A stretch of 64,000 bases of DNA from Bugula neritina. Its lineage: Eukaryota; Animalia; Bryozoa. Shown in pieces: positions 12,561-26,500 of the stretch. The notes under the pieces are model-generated. The model made no database searches. It was not told the origin of the DNA and worked only from the letters and a program-made list of their open reading frames with translations. The position numbers and the translations under genes were made by a program. The stretch is from contig OZ037770.1 of NCBI GenBank assembly GCA_964035545.1, positions 14,622,642 through 14,686,641 of the forward strand, in the 5' to 3' direction. Every line of letters starts with the position of its first letter. The first letter of the stretch is position 1.

Positions 12561-13451
12561 CACACACATATGTTATTAGATAACTTTTAGCCAAAATGCA
12601 ATGAGAACATGTTATCACTGATAAGCCAAAAAGATATCACAAAAAAGATAAAATGAATGAAGAAATGTAGCATGAGTAATTCCATGCATTCTTGACACAA
12701 AGTTGACACTACCAGGTTATCTTAGGATAGAAGGAATACAATAGATTACAATAAAGTGTGACATGATATATTCTACAGTCTAACAATGTAGTAGTGCATG
12801 TATTCACAATACACTACTAGTAGTAAATTAGTTTATTGAAGCAGTCTAATACCTGCACAGTAACTCAAAAACTTTGGTGTTACCCAAGTCTGCCATATAA
12901 GAAAATGAAAAAATAAAAATTGAATTACATTTAGATGCATGAGCTAAGACACAATATATTTATATCTTTTAGGCTGTGTGTTATAGTAAAATAAGTGGTG
13001 AACATGGGGTGGGGGAGGGGGGGTAACGTAGGGCTTAGCATCAAAATTGCAGTATGATTTGTTGCTTTTCAGCTTCCTTACACGGGACCAACTGGAACAG
13101 GGGACAAACTTGACTCAATATTACTAGTAATCATCTAATAGTAACTTTATAGTTCTTATTGATTTCTTACAGATATATAATTAATTTGTGGATAACTACT
13201 GTAAGTAATTCTTTTTGAATATATGTACACACATCTAATTAACTGCTACTGCTCATAGTACAAAGGTGCTAGCAGTTACTAGTTTGATCTAGTAAAATGA
13301 TATATCTAACGTCTAAGTTGCTATTATTGCTCCAAAAAGAAACAGCTACTGATATTTGGATTTATAAAAATCATTCTTCTGACAATACTGATTCAAAAAA
13401 GGTTGTTTTTGGCATTACAGCTGTTTTCCATTTATGAAATAACTTAGAACC

Positions 13452-13525
13452 CATTGGGATTCGAACCCAAGACCTCTAGCTAACCATTACACCACTGGAC
13501 TGCTGAGTAATCACATCACTACAAT
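13452..13525 (-). mobile_element. tRNA-derived SINE-like family A copy (internally deleted)
   Basis: gggattcgaacccaagacctctagctaaccattacaccac plus the shared 5' extension ctgagtaatcacatcactaca. Confidence 0.6.
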
Positions 13526-13849
13526 ATTCCCCCATTATGACTTTCACTAACATTACTTGAAACTTTTCTCCAAGTCTTTAATTGAACATTTTTAATTTGT
13601 TTTTACGTAGTGAGGATGCAAAGAAAGAAAAAAGGAAAGGGGTGGATATACAGGGTTTGACCAATTTTCATGGGGCATCATGAAATTTTAAATCTGCAAT
13701 TGTTTGATTAATTTTCTGGATATATTGTAAACCTATAAAAATAAAATCTCTCGAAAATTGTGACTAAAAATTGACAGGTGGGCAAAGCCTATGGCATGAT
13801 GAATTCCTTTTCCGATATATAACCTGGTATTCTCTAAGCAGTGAGCAGC

Positions 13850-13902
<53 letters not shown>

Positions 13903-14339
13903 TATCCCCTTTAGGGATTACCACTTATTCCTTCAGTGTTGCATGTTAGCGCCTTCACTAACTCTGAACACTGGCATGTTTGCAGACAAAGTGAAGAAAC
14001 CACGGAATTCTTATCAGAAACCACACCAGCTCTTATGTAATACTTAATCTCTTGTGCTGTTACCCTACTGATTTACTTTACATTTACTTTACTGCACATA
14101 GTCCAAATAAATTAGGAGTAGAGTTGCATGCATTGCCAGAAGTTAATGGAAAAAGACTATTACTATATATAGATTTCCAATTAACATTTGACCTAGATTA
14201 CAAATACCAGTTACTTCTACATTTATACAGCAACTGGTAATAGTAGTAGTAGAAAAAATAATTCCTGCTCTTTTGCTGAACATAAATACACCGCAATTGA
14301 CTGATAATACTTCAATTTATGCGGGCTATTGCACACGTC

Positions 14340-14420
14340 ACAATCAGCTTAGCGTGACCACTCCCACGTCAGTTTCGTTGTAAAAACGAAATCAAATAAT
14401 AAAAAGGCGGAGCTTAAAAA
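14340..14420 (+). promoter_or_regulatory. Probable promoter of paralogue 2 (CRE/UPRE-like ccacgtca at 14364-14371; GC-box-like aggcggagc at ~14405)
   Basis: Local CpG enrichment 120-190 bp upstream of ATG 14533; motif matches only. Confidence 0.35.
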
Positions 14421-14532
14421 TTCTAGGACGAGAGCAGTCGAAAAGATGAGAATCAGTGATTGAAGCGGACAGTTGCCATGCTCCAGTCGCGTAGTAGAGA
14501 GCCCAACAACTTACATCCACAATTTAACTCTA

Positions 14533-17500
14533 ATGGCAACCCTTGTAGCATTAAAAAAAGTTCTGATAGGCTTCGGCATCGTAGTCTTATGCATTTGGAT
14601 GTACATAGGTAAGTAATAGTTAAACTTGATGCTATCAGCTATGCTTGCTCTTTTGCTTTACAATTTAAATTATTAAATTTAAATTAAAATTCAAATTGCT
14701 TCCAACTTTAAGTTGAAGTTCAACTTCAAGTACATTTATTGACCTGAAGTCGTACGTATGCTTGAATGAACATAAGAGTTGGAAAATTTAAATTTTATTT
14801 GTTTTTAAGTTAAACGTTGTGTTACTAACGCAACAATTGATGCATGTGAATTTTTTGTTGATTGAAAATATGCTGACAGTAACTCATGAAGTCTAGCTGT
14901 GAGTGTAAAACTAACAGTTGTTGTAGATTATCATTTACTTAATTTTAGTAAAACTTGAATTAAGTGATTATCGTAATGATAGCAATGAAATTAGATGGCA
15001 CCAATATGGATATGATTTTTATAATCATAATTATTTAATAGGGCTAATGAAGTTACTTTACCAAGTTGCCAGCCCAAGTTCGAGTACTTGTGAATGCCTG
15101 TAGCTGTTTTTTTGAAACCTACCTTAAATTTTGAATTAAGGAAGTTCCTGTATTGCAGTTTGAAATTTTGACACAAGAAACTCGTTTTCTAACTAACCCA
15201 GCACAGACATTGTGTTTTGTTGACCTCAGATCTTTGGTTTTGCATTTTAATTAAGAAATTAGGCTATATTATGAAACACAATTTTGATTGACCCCATATT
15301 CATTTATCAAAAAATTCTGAGTACTCACCATTTGAAAATGAATGATAATGTTAGCTGTGAGTGTGAATAATTGTACGAGCTACATCACTGTTATCAGTTT
15401 ATCATACTATCTTAAAAATGACCTATACTGTGTGTCCCAGCATGAGCAAAATTTATATTTTTTTTAATAATAAAGAATTCAAAGGAATAATATTGTCCAA
15501 CACATGGAGATGTTTTAGGCTTTGCTAAGAAAAGGTAGTTTTTCTACAACATTGAGGCATATAATTTGTAGGGGAGGGGGAATTAAAATGTTTGAATCAG
15601 TTCAAAGCATGTGGCACTCTCTCATTCTAAGCTGACAACCCTAATTGATTCTATTTACATGACTGGTCATTTCCTTAAAATATTTCAAGACTTTCCTGTT
15701 TTGACTATTAAATTTCAGACATGACTCAGCCACAGCCAGTGGATGAGTCATGCGTTTAACTTACTAATCTCACACATTGTGATGGATTACACATAAAAAA
15801 CATAAATAGGTGGAGGGGGGGGGGTGATTCAGCTAGTGCCTGCTTATTTGTTATTATTTTATTTGTTTATTTATTTGTCAAGCCTACTTAAGAGATTAGT
15901 TTGCTGGCTTCCTTAAAATCCTCCACTGCACATCTTAATCCAAAACAACCCTTTCAATTCCCTTGTAAACCCAACATGGCCGAGTCTTTAAAAGTAGGGA
16001 GTTTGAAGGCACCATGAGTCAACTGCTACTAGTTGTCACAAACTAAGTTTACTCACTTTGAATGCTAAAATGCCAGCCTCAACAGGTGTCATGTCTAAAA
16101 TCTATTTTAATACTTTGACTTTTTAGATAAACTTGTGTGTGTGAACTGAAATATGCAGTAACCATGCTCATTTTCTGCTACATAGTAAAGAATTAAATTG
16201 TTAGACTTGTTTGATAGTCAGCTGTCTTTAATATAATCTGTAAACTTTGTATGAAACAGTTTAAATCACAGAAGTTTTGTGAGCTGTTTATGGTATATAT
16301 TCTAGTATGTTGGAAAACGTCTGTTTTTATAAGTGTCTCTGGAGTTTTATAACACTTCATATGTCAGCTTTGTGCAGATTATTATTTTGCCATATTTTAT
16401 GCAGACCAACTCTACGAAACCCTAGTTTTTCCATGATATAAATGCTTGAACCCACCCCAATACCACCAACTATCACATTTTAATATACATTCCTGGTTAC
16501 TCGGTTACCATAAAACCGAACACTAAATTTTGTTAATTTGCTCTAGTGGGAGAGCTAATTAGCCTTTGGGTTGTTAGTACACTATACTACTGCTCAACAA
16601 TACCCTATAGTAGAATGCTGGTACTACTAGTATTTCAATATATTGCAACCAGCACACAAATTTGCAAACTACTTTAAGCCCCATATTGGTCAGCAGTTCC
16701 ATTTAACTATAACTTCCGCTAGTAAAGGTATAAGTTATAAAGTGTAAGTAACTTATTTTATTGGTGTTCTTTTTTGCCACTTGTATTGTAAAAAGAAAGA
16801 ACGTAAAAAGATAAATTTATAATTTTTTACTATGTAGTTCTTCTAGAGCATCAATTTCGTGACAAAATGAGTAACAAACAAAATTACATCACTAGTATGA
16901 CAAATGGGAGGGATGCTCAGTAATGGACTCACTCACTCACTCACTCACTCACTCACTCACTCACTCACTCACTCACTCACTCACTCACTCACTCACTCAC
17001 TCACTCACTCACTCACTCACTCACTCACGCAAGTTTTTAGTCACTATATGACCCTATAAGAACCCCTGATGGAAAGAGCTTTTTAAATCAGGCTAAGGAC
17101 ATATTCACATGTGGCACAGGAGCAATTATGACTGGATGCTCTTAGTAACATCACCAGTGGCCTTTGCTGGGGTTGGAACTCATGACTTCTTGTTTACTAG
17201 GCAAATGCTCTAAAGTCTAACTAACCTCTAGGCCACAGTTGCTCCGTAATAGACTGGCTATATAAAATGTGACACTAGTATGGCAGTTGCAGCAAGTGGT
17301 TGATGTGAAATGACTATGTGAAATAGAATATGGCAGGTTGATCAGGTGCTCTATTTTCAACTGTATTTAAGGCCATTCTGGTCTATATGTTAGTAAATAA
17401 CACAGAAATATAGCAGTATAAGCACTATCACTGAACAAGCATACAGTTATATAGAGTAAGTCTTGTTTTATATAGAGCTTATCAGTTCTTATTTGGTCAA

Positions 17501-20500
17501 CCAGCTCTAACTTTTGATAAGGTTAACCCTATTCGGTTCAACTAGAATATTTCTTTGGAAAATAATGAAATTCATAAAGCTGAATATTTACGTTACATGG
17601 CTAACTCTCCAGAGTAAAAGATGTTTGCGATGGTAGGTGCTGCATGTCTATGCACAAGGGAAGAGAAACTCACTACCATGCTAGATTAGAATATATATCA
17701 GTTTATGGTAAATTATTCATCTTAAGTTTATTCGTCCAGACGAACATTTGCTTAGGTTATCGGCTTAGAGACCAGGCAACTAGGGGTTAGCAAGATGTTA
17801 GGCTAACGAACTAAAGGATACTAACAACTGCTATTACAAGAACTGCAATATGCTATTATATGTGTTCTTTATTATTAGTAGAAGATAATATATGATATGT
17901 TATATGTATTGTTTTACCATCATTACTGGCTGTATAATTGCTGATCTAACATGAAAACTGACATTACAGCCTCCATGATGGCAAGCTAGTGTGTGATTTG
18001 CATAAGTGGCATATCATCCCATTATATTATTATATAATATAATGTATTATAATATAATTCAATATAAAATATAATATAACTTGATATATAACTTTGAAAT
18101 AATACAACTTATTATAATATAATACAATATAACTTATTATAATATAATGCAATACAAATTAATATGATATAATTCAATTTATTTTTTCGAGCAAGCTTAA
18201 TTAGGTCACTTGTAAACACAATTGATGTTTCAACTTGATACGACATAGAATTATAGAGAAGTTATGTTATGTAATTAATTCTCATTATTGCCTTGAATTA
18301 AGTAATTAATAATATAATAACTTTGAGTAAGTGTTAAATATGCATATTCATGTTCCCAGCATTCATCTTTAAAAGTTATTGGCCCCTACTTAACTTTGAT
18401 TTCAAATAAGATCCGTTCCACTTTTTTTCTTGTTCAAGACTAATTTAAACAATTCATGAGTCATCAGCATGATCAAGACGAACAGCAATTACTCAGCTTA
18501 GATAGTATTTACTGTGCTTAGTATAACAAAGGGTTAAAGTTCATAGATAGTTGATAGAGCACCCTGAAGTCTGGGTCCCTCAATCATATAATTGAATCAC
18601 TTTGATTTGACCTAGATACTCAGTAAAGGTAATTAACTGAAACCACCCAAACCCTAACACTGACTCTACTGGCTGCTCAGGTTTACCACAATGATAGACT
18701 TGAGTCTGCATTTATTAACTACAAATTCTCTAATTACTTTCAAACTGTTGACCTAAACACAAATTTTTCTCTTAGTTGTTGAGCCTAAAATATTTTAGAA
18801 GTAGGTATTTCTTGCCAGTTTTCATGACCAATACAATTTCTGGAATTTCGGTGTCACTTTAAAAGAGTTGGACTGATTAATGCATCCTTGATTCCAACAA
18901 ACAGTTCACTCAAGTCTGGTATACATCACGTGATCAATCTATCAATTTCTGTCATACTCCACGATTATATGCCTACCACATTTGTCATCTTGCTTGGAGC
19001 ATTAAATCACATATGTTAATGGAGAGTAGGTTAGTAGCACTGGTATGGTCTGCTAGTAGGCTAGAATACTTCTTCTACGTGGAACATTCTAGTTCACTTG
19101 TGCTTGGAATGATGATTGCAAAATCATTATTTGTTAGTGGAATGCCTTGTAGGGTGGGACAGAAACATAGCCTGGTCTCAAGTCGTAATAGAAACTGCAA
19201 GTCCCTTAACATTCTCCGAGTGTAACTTGAGTTTCAGATTTAAGATATGAAAAATTCCTTAGTTGCTGTAGGTAACAAAAGTTTTATGATGTATTGTTGA
19301 ATGAAAAGATATTAGTTAAGCGAGGCAAGAAGCTGGTGTATTATAGTTATGCTATGTCTCTCAGTTTGAAATGTGGCCTCGACACATTGAGTTAGGAATT
19401 AATAATATCCAAAATAGCTAAACATTTGTTTGTGTAGTTTTGACTTTAGCAGAACTTTTAGAGATATTTGGTTCAAAGGGTAGTATAGTTACATCATGTC
19501 TATTTCGCACAGCTGTCTTCTCCCATCTGAGCTAGAAAACTTCACTCCATATTATTTTTCAATTACTCTTTGACACTAGCAGAGACTGAAATGTTTGCCT
19601 AGAAATGAGTTTATCATTTATTTTACTAAATTTGCTACTCCTACTGTAGGCCTGTATGAATTTTCTTTCAACAGCTTTTTGCATTTTTATAATGGTGTAA
19701 CAATACCAATTTACTTGCAGTTTGGTAACAATGATTTTTAATATTTAATTTGGATATTAGTATCAATTGCTAGTAGAACAGTTTTACTAGTATTTCCTAG
19801 TAAAAAGCAAAGAAAGTTTAAGCAGGCAACCTACTTTTTTGGCCTCTTTGATTGCTTGAGCGATTTTTGAAGATCCGATTGGTTTGAGAGTGATTAGACT
19901 TCAGGCTATGCTGCCTGCTGACTTAGATTGAACTTTGATCTTTTTGTAAGTTGTTAATTGACTGCAGTCAAGGAGATTGATTGAGGAAAAATAATCCCAA
20001 ACTTGCGCATTATCAGCAGGGCAAACATTTCAGGATTCGATTTTTATAAGTTTGTGAGTTCCTTCTTCAAAATACCTTGGGCCTACTTTTAAATATAGTT
20101 TTCAATATTTATCGCTTTAGGTCTTTGCAATCTTTAACGTTCAAGTTTACATTTGCATAGGTTCAAGTTTTATTCAAATAGGTTTATCTTCGATATCTTA
20201 TGTAGTGACCAAACTTTTACATTAATGTCAAGAGAGTAGGCAATATAACTGGCTCACCAGATATCGATAAACAGCACATTGCTATTTAATTAGAATGCAT
20301 AGCTTAACTACCAGCCATCATAAATTAATATTTGGTTGCTGTATTTCTCTTTTGGAAATTAAAGTGGTTAAAAAAGCGAGTTTTAGATGTTACATTATAC
20401 TAAACCTGTGTTGCTACCAAATCAGAACTTGTTATCACCAGTGAGCGTGATCTCTCACAGCAAGATATTAATATTATAGAGACCTCATTGTTGAACATCC

Positions 20501-23500
20501 GGGTGCATTCTTGGTTACCACAAACTATTAACAGCACAAGTTATTATAAATACTAGTGGCAGGCTTTACATTGGATCATCTAGTATACCCACAGCCTATG
20601 CTAATCTACTAGTTGTGATCATCTTACTGTCCTGGATTATACCTTCACAGCTAAAGAAGCTTCTGGTTACACTCTAATAGATATCAGTAAATGTGAACAT
20701 ATTCACTACACATGATTTATTAGAAAAAAACACTAACGATTTTTTTGTGATTCACTATATAACGCAGGGTTTTAAAATGATTTTGTATTCGTCAATATCA
20801 CAGCAGTATAACAACCTCCTCGTTATACCTAGCCTTCTGTTGCCAGCTATCTATGTCCATATCTCCTGCACATTTCAATTTACGGTGTCTTTAAGCCCTA
20901 AATCTTCCTTGCAGTTATTCTTACACTTCCTGTCAGCTGTATATCTTACAATAAAAGAAGCAACTATCTCTAAATATCATTCAATTTTGCACAACACTTT
21001 TATGCGACTCCTTTATATTGTGAAACTAATTTGTGCATAACACGTGTGCACGTTTTATCTTGCTAAATTTAGTACAATATCCCAATTCTTCTTAAGATTT
21101 AAAAGTTAATTGATGCCTTTATACATTCTTGTGGCTCTTACAAATTTATTCAGTAGATTCTGTAAATGAACACTAACTCTACTGTGATATGATGGCATGT
21201 ACGCATATAGACATCTTTTCAGGCAAAATATGGGTCTTGAGAAAAAACTGCTTAGAAGGATATTGCCTGACCATTACATTAATTTGTCCTATTTTTACCA
21301 AACAATTGACAAACAAGGTGGCACAAGTGTTCTCCACTCATGAGTTATGCATTTCACTTAACCACAATCTACTTTGATTGACAGTGTTTTGCCATTTTTT
21401 AATGTTTGTTTGTAGATATATTCATACACAGAGAGTGTGAGAATAGTCCTAGGGAGAGGGTTTTCTCCGCAAATATAGAAAGGAGGATTCTAACTATTAG
21501 AAAAAAAGCTATAATATCCTCAAAGAAAGTAGAAGACATTGAATCAATTGCTCAAAATAAAGTTATAGGTAACACCGATGTTTCCATACAACCATTTAAC
21601 AGTACGGAATGCTTAGTGCGTTCAACACTACTAACTAGTTTTTTTCCGATAACGTAGAAATATTGCAGCCATCATTTTTCATATTAATTGCGATAAACTA
21701 TTATCAACATTTCCAACATTATATAACAAGCAGGTCATTATAGTTATCTGAAAAAGCAAATAATACTTACATTAAGTTAGTTTTTGTAAATTACAAAATT
21801 CAATTAGAAATGATTATCAATTGAGAAATAATTTATCTTATTGTAGTAATTTGTTATAATTTAAACTAGTATATTATGCTATACTTTGTTGCTGACATAT
21901 TATAATGTTACATTACAGTGCATTCTCAATATTGTATATAATATTTGTGTTGCTTTTTCATTAGAAACGAAGGTAATTGAACAAGAATCTAATTTCATCG
22001 CCGAACCCCCGCCTGTGGTCACCACTGCAAAGTTCTCAGCCCCTGAGTACTATGTGATGACAATGCTCACTGTTTTTAATGGTAAATGCTTGCTGTACTT
22101 TAACCTGGTGGTGGATTGCTCTCTCTAACAGGGTTATAATGTGGTCCGCCAGAGTTAGGTGCAGTAATGGAGAAATAGAGAAAAGCCTGTGTTCTAGATT
22201 AGAAATGTAGCATAAGAAGTTATGTTCTCGCAAGAATTTTACCTCTCGCCCCAAACCAGAATTTAATAATTATTTAAAGAATTTAGGCTATTTCAATTTC
22301 TCTATTCCTGTTCCTGAACGGTCACCAATCATTGGCAAATCTAAATCCATAATATAAATTTTTACTCAAAAGGACTGTTTATGTATTTTTGACAGCCGTC
22401 CTTTACTTTGGGTAGGGGTTTTCTACTTAGAATGTACTGTCGTTTTTTAGAGCTGTCATATAGAAATGTTGTATATACAAGTTCCTGGCCTGATGAGTGT
22501 ACGCTGGAGCAGAGGCACATTTTCATATAAAAATATACTTCGTTAAACCTGCCTATTGTTTCTATGTGAAAGTAAAAACCTCTTTAACATGTATAACTAG
22601 TAGAAACTGTTTTCAACTTTGACGCAGCTGAAAACTGGTTGAAAAATATCGCCCACGTTTCAACTCTTGATCTCGTAGCTCGTGATGGCTCACCCAGCAG
22701 TTGCTGAATTCCATTGCATAGCAACTAAACGGTTTTTAGTTACGCTGGCTAATTTTGTGACATTCCTATAACAAACACTTCAGTATACTTGTATATTATA
22801 TGTAGAAGAAAATCTTGAAACCATTCTGTAGTTACTGAATCACTATGTTTTCACGTTAAATAATAAATGGTAGCTTCGAAATCCTCTGCGTAAGCATTAT
22901 TTCTGCTCCCGATTCAGAATGGTGATGTATTAATCATCAAGGTTACCGTTTCCTCTTCGTCTCGTGATTGCAGACCATTCATATGACTAATATTTTTTCA
23001 CAGTTACGCACGTGTCAAGATAATAATTATTTGTCACATGTGTTTAACTGATTACATGCTAAACTGGCTTTAGTAATTCATGGAATATTACTTTAACAAC
23101 TCTTGAAGGAAAGCTTCAACTTAGAACTTTGTTTTGACATGAGCCATTGATAATACCATCATTGAAGTATGTAAAATAGTTTTCAATTCGGAAGTTTTAT
23201 TTTTGATAGTAATCCAAATACCCTCATCTATGAAGTTGTTTTTTTCATTACTGCGCACTGCGAATAAATTAAATGTATTTGATCTGCTGATATAAACAGA
23301 GTGTTTTTTAAAGCTTGATGCTGAAATTATTTCATTTTTGAGTTTTTAATCGATGTGATAACAGATATCTGTTTGAATCATTTGTAGACAGAGTCTGGCC
23401 GGGATACGAGAACTTTACTGCTGCTGATCTTGCTGAGCGAGACAATGAGTACCTCGACACACTTGACAGAAATCTCAACAACGCAAATGTTAAAGAAATC

Positions 23501-26500
23501 CATTTATTCTATATCTATGTGGATGCACTGAGTGTGAGTTGAACAGTGAAGTCAGCATTTTCAAACCTTCTAGAGATTTCTAGAGACTTTAGAAACTGTA
23601 CTCGCTTTTAGTTTTTAATTGGGCCCATTTACTAGTGGAAGAAAATAGTGTCAACATTTTAGAAGTTGCTTTTCTAATTATTCCAGTAACTATATTCAGA
23701 TGTTTTACTATGTAGTTCTAAACACTTATAAGTTACATAGGTGCAGTAGCGGAGAAATTGATATAGCTTAAGTTATTTTATTTTTTGATTAAACTTTGGT
23801 TTGGGCTACGATTGAAATTTTTGTGAGAACAGAACTTCTTTTGCTTCATTGCTAATCTAGAACCCATGCTTTCTCTATTACTGCACCTGCGTAAGCCTAG
23901 TGAGCTAGAGTTCCTTTCTGTAGCCTATTTTGCTTGTCGAAAATGTTAAAACCGGATGCAGTTTAACTCCGATGTTATTAGTAAATTAAAATTTCGACTT
24001 AAAAACTTGTTTAACAATTAGTTTACAGGTATCTGCTTACTCCCAGGTAAGGAGAGAATGTTTGATTCCTTTAGTTTTGAGTTGGTATCTAACTTTTGAC
24101 ATAAATTGTTTTCATTATTTAATTTATTTCTTTTTTCACTCTAACAATTTGAAACTGTTCTATACATACAGTAGATGCCTGGTATGTTATAGTCTAAAAA
24201 ATTATAACTTATTCGCCACAAACATGCATAAATTATCCACTACATTAGTTCTCCTGAATTTCTCATTTCAACAAATATACATAATGGCTACTTGATGCAT
24301 TCACAATGAATAACTTGTGGTGAAGTTATTCATCTGTTCTACAAATTTAGCTTAAATCTGATTTTATAACTTGAAAGCTTATTTCGATACAAATATTGGC
24401 TCAGGTTTATTATTTCTAAACTTTAAGTTTTATTAGCAATAAATACTTAATTATACCATTTAAATCTCAGTGAGTTATTTTTACTCGACCTTTATTTGTT
24501 GATGATTTAGCAGAAGTTATATGTGTGCTAAGATGGTGGTGCTCAAATGAATAGGGGATGTGTTGGGATTACCACAACTTATTGTTTTATGGCTGCTTTG
24601 TTCAGGTGTTGAGGAAGAGAATTCATTCTAATCTGCACAAGGTAGTGCCGGTAAAGATCGAGAGACCTCTCCATATGTCCGACTTTTTTATTTACGCCTC
24701 AAGAAACTTGGTGGACAAGGCGACTATAGCTATGAACGGAGATATTGGTAAATATTTATTAGTTATTATAAGAAATACATAGAGATTATAAAATATTTTC
24801 TCTATTGGGATTCGAACCCGAGACCTCTGGCTTGCAAGGAGGCGTGCTAACCATTACACACAGGGACTATAGAGTAATCTTAATGTTACAGAAATGGTGT
24901 CTTGTTAGAGGCATGCTGAAAAACTGCTTTGTCCTAAATAAGCATAGTTTCTGAAATAAACCATCGCTTAATCTATCTTTTGTAAAAGTAAGTTTAAAAG
25001 AAGACTGGGCTCCAGGAAAATAGCTTAAAGTTTTTAGAACTCGGGCTACAATTAAGTTCTCAGCATCACTGCTCTCTAGTTATGATTTAATTAATATACA
25101 ACATATTTATCTATATTGATTTTGCTTTATCAAGTAATTGTATCAACACAATAAAATGAAGTGTGTATAAACTTTGTAGTTCTAGGAGAAGGATTTGATA
25201 AAATAAACACGGAGAAGATGCGAGATGAAAGAGTTATGTACTCGTTAAGTAGATACTATATGCTAGATAATGCTCTTCCGTGTAACCTCTGCAATATGAA
25301 GCTTCCTCCGGGATATATGGGTAAGATAACTTCACTAGTATTTCCTCTAACAGCAATGGATCAAATACAAACATGTGTCTCTTAGGTTATATAATTTTTA
25401 ATTTAGTGTAGACCAAGCTGTAGCGCCTAGTAAATAAAAAACATAAACTATTTTCACCAACATTTCACATTAGTTTTTCTGATAACTATCAAAATATTGA
25501 AAACAAGATAATAATTGCTTGTGTAAATTTGAGAGTACCTTTACACAACGTCAAAATAACTTTATCTTCTACTCAATTTTCAATATTAAATAGAATAATA
25601 TTTCAAGTAGAAAATACAGCATACTACACAATATAGAGTATATTATATCTAATATATTTCTGATAGGCTCCAGTGTCATAAGGATATATTGTATTGAACT
25701 ATTTATTGTATTTCAAAACAAAGCCTGATCACATTCATGCAATAGTAACCTCTAAAAATAAGAACTAGGCCATCAGCTTATCAGCTTTCAAAGTGTTGTG
25801 AAATTTCTTCAGATGACACCTATGAGGAACTATCCGATGTTTTCCTACTTTTCAAAACCCCCTTCGCACTCACTCGTACGCCGATATCAACTCGTACGCC
25901 GATATCAACTCGTACGCCGATATCAACTCGTATGCCGATATCACAGTTGCTTCACACTAGTACTTATTTACTATCTATACTAGGAAAGCTATAAATCTCT
26001 GGAGTAGTGGTCATAAATTCACATTCTTTTCAGCTGAACACTTTATAATCTCTCAACCATGTATTATATTGAAGTCGGTTGCCATAGCAACTTGTAACAA
26101 ATTGGCATGTGGTTCACGTTACGTATTTCTTACCGTGTGCAGTGGGTGCGTCTTTTTATATCACAGCTTAAATTGGGCAATCATTTAACTTACTGCACTT
26201 CCTCGCTTTAGCAAGTAGGAAACTATGAAATTTTTCTCGTATAACTTATCGAGTGTATCTCCACGCCTCATCAGACGATTTTTTCAGGTTGGCATAAATA
26301 CCCTTTGTATTTCTCAAGCTTTCTTAAGTTGCTCCTATTGTATGTGTAAACTATTGTATGACAAAAATTGTTATTTAGGGGATATACATGTGAATAATAG
26401 CTCTGGCAAAGCAGAAACGCCAACTGTATTAGCTAATAGCAACTGTATTAGCAAACGACAACTGTATATTAGCAAATGGCAACTGTATTAGCAAATGGCA

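Noticed and set aside
13073-13683. Extra 3' exons of the NHL-sushi gene
   Set aside because: Candidate splice sites do not give a phase-consistent open chain.
26078-26091. X-box GTTGCCATAGCAAC (and a near match at 5211-5224)
   Set aside because: The first is deep in an intron within repeat-like sequence; the second has a first-position mismatch and lies ~640 bp from the ATG. Neither has support beyond the motif.
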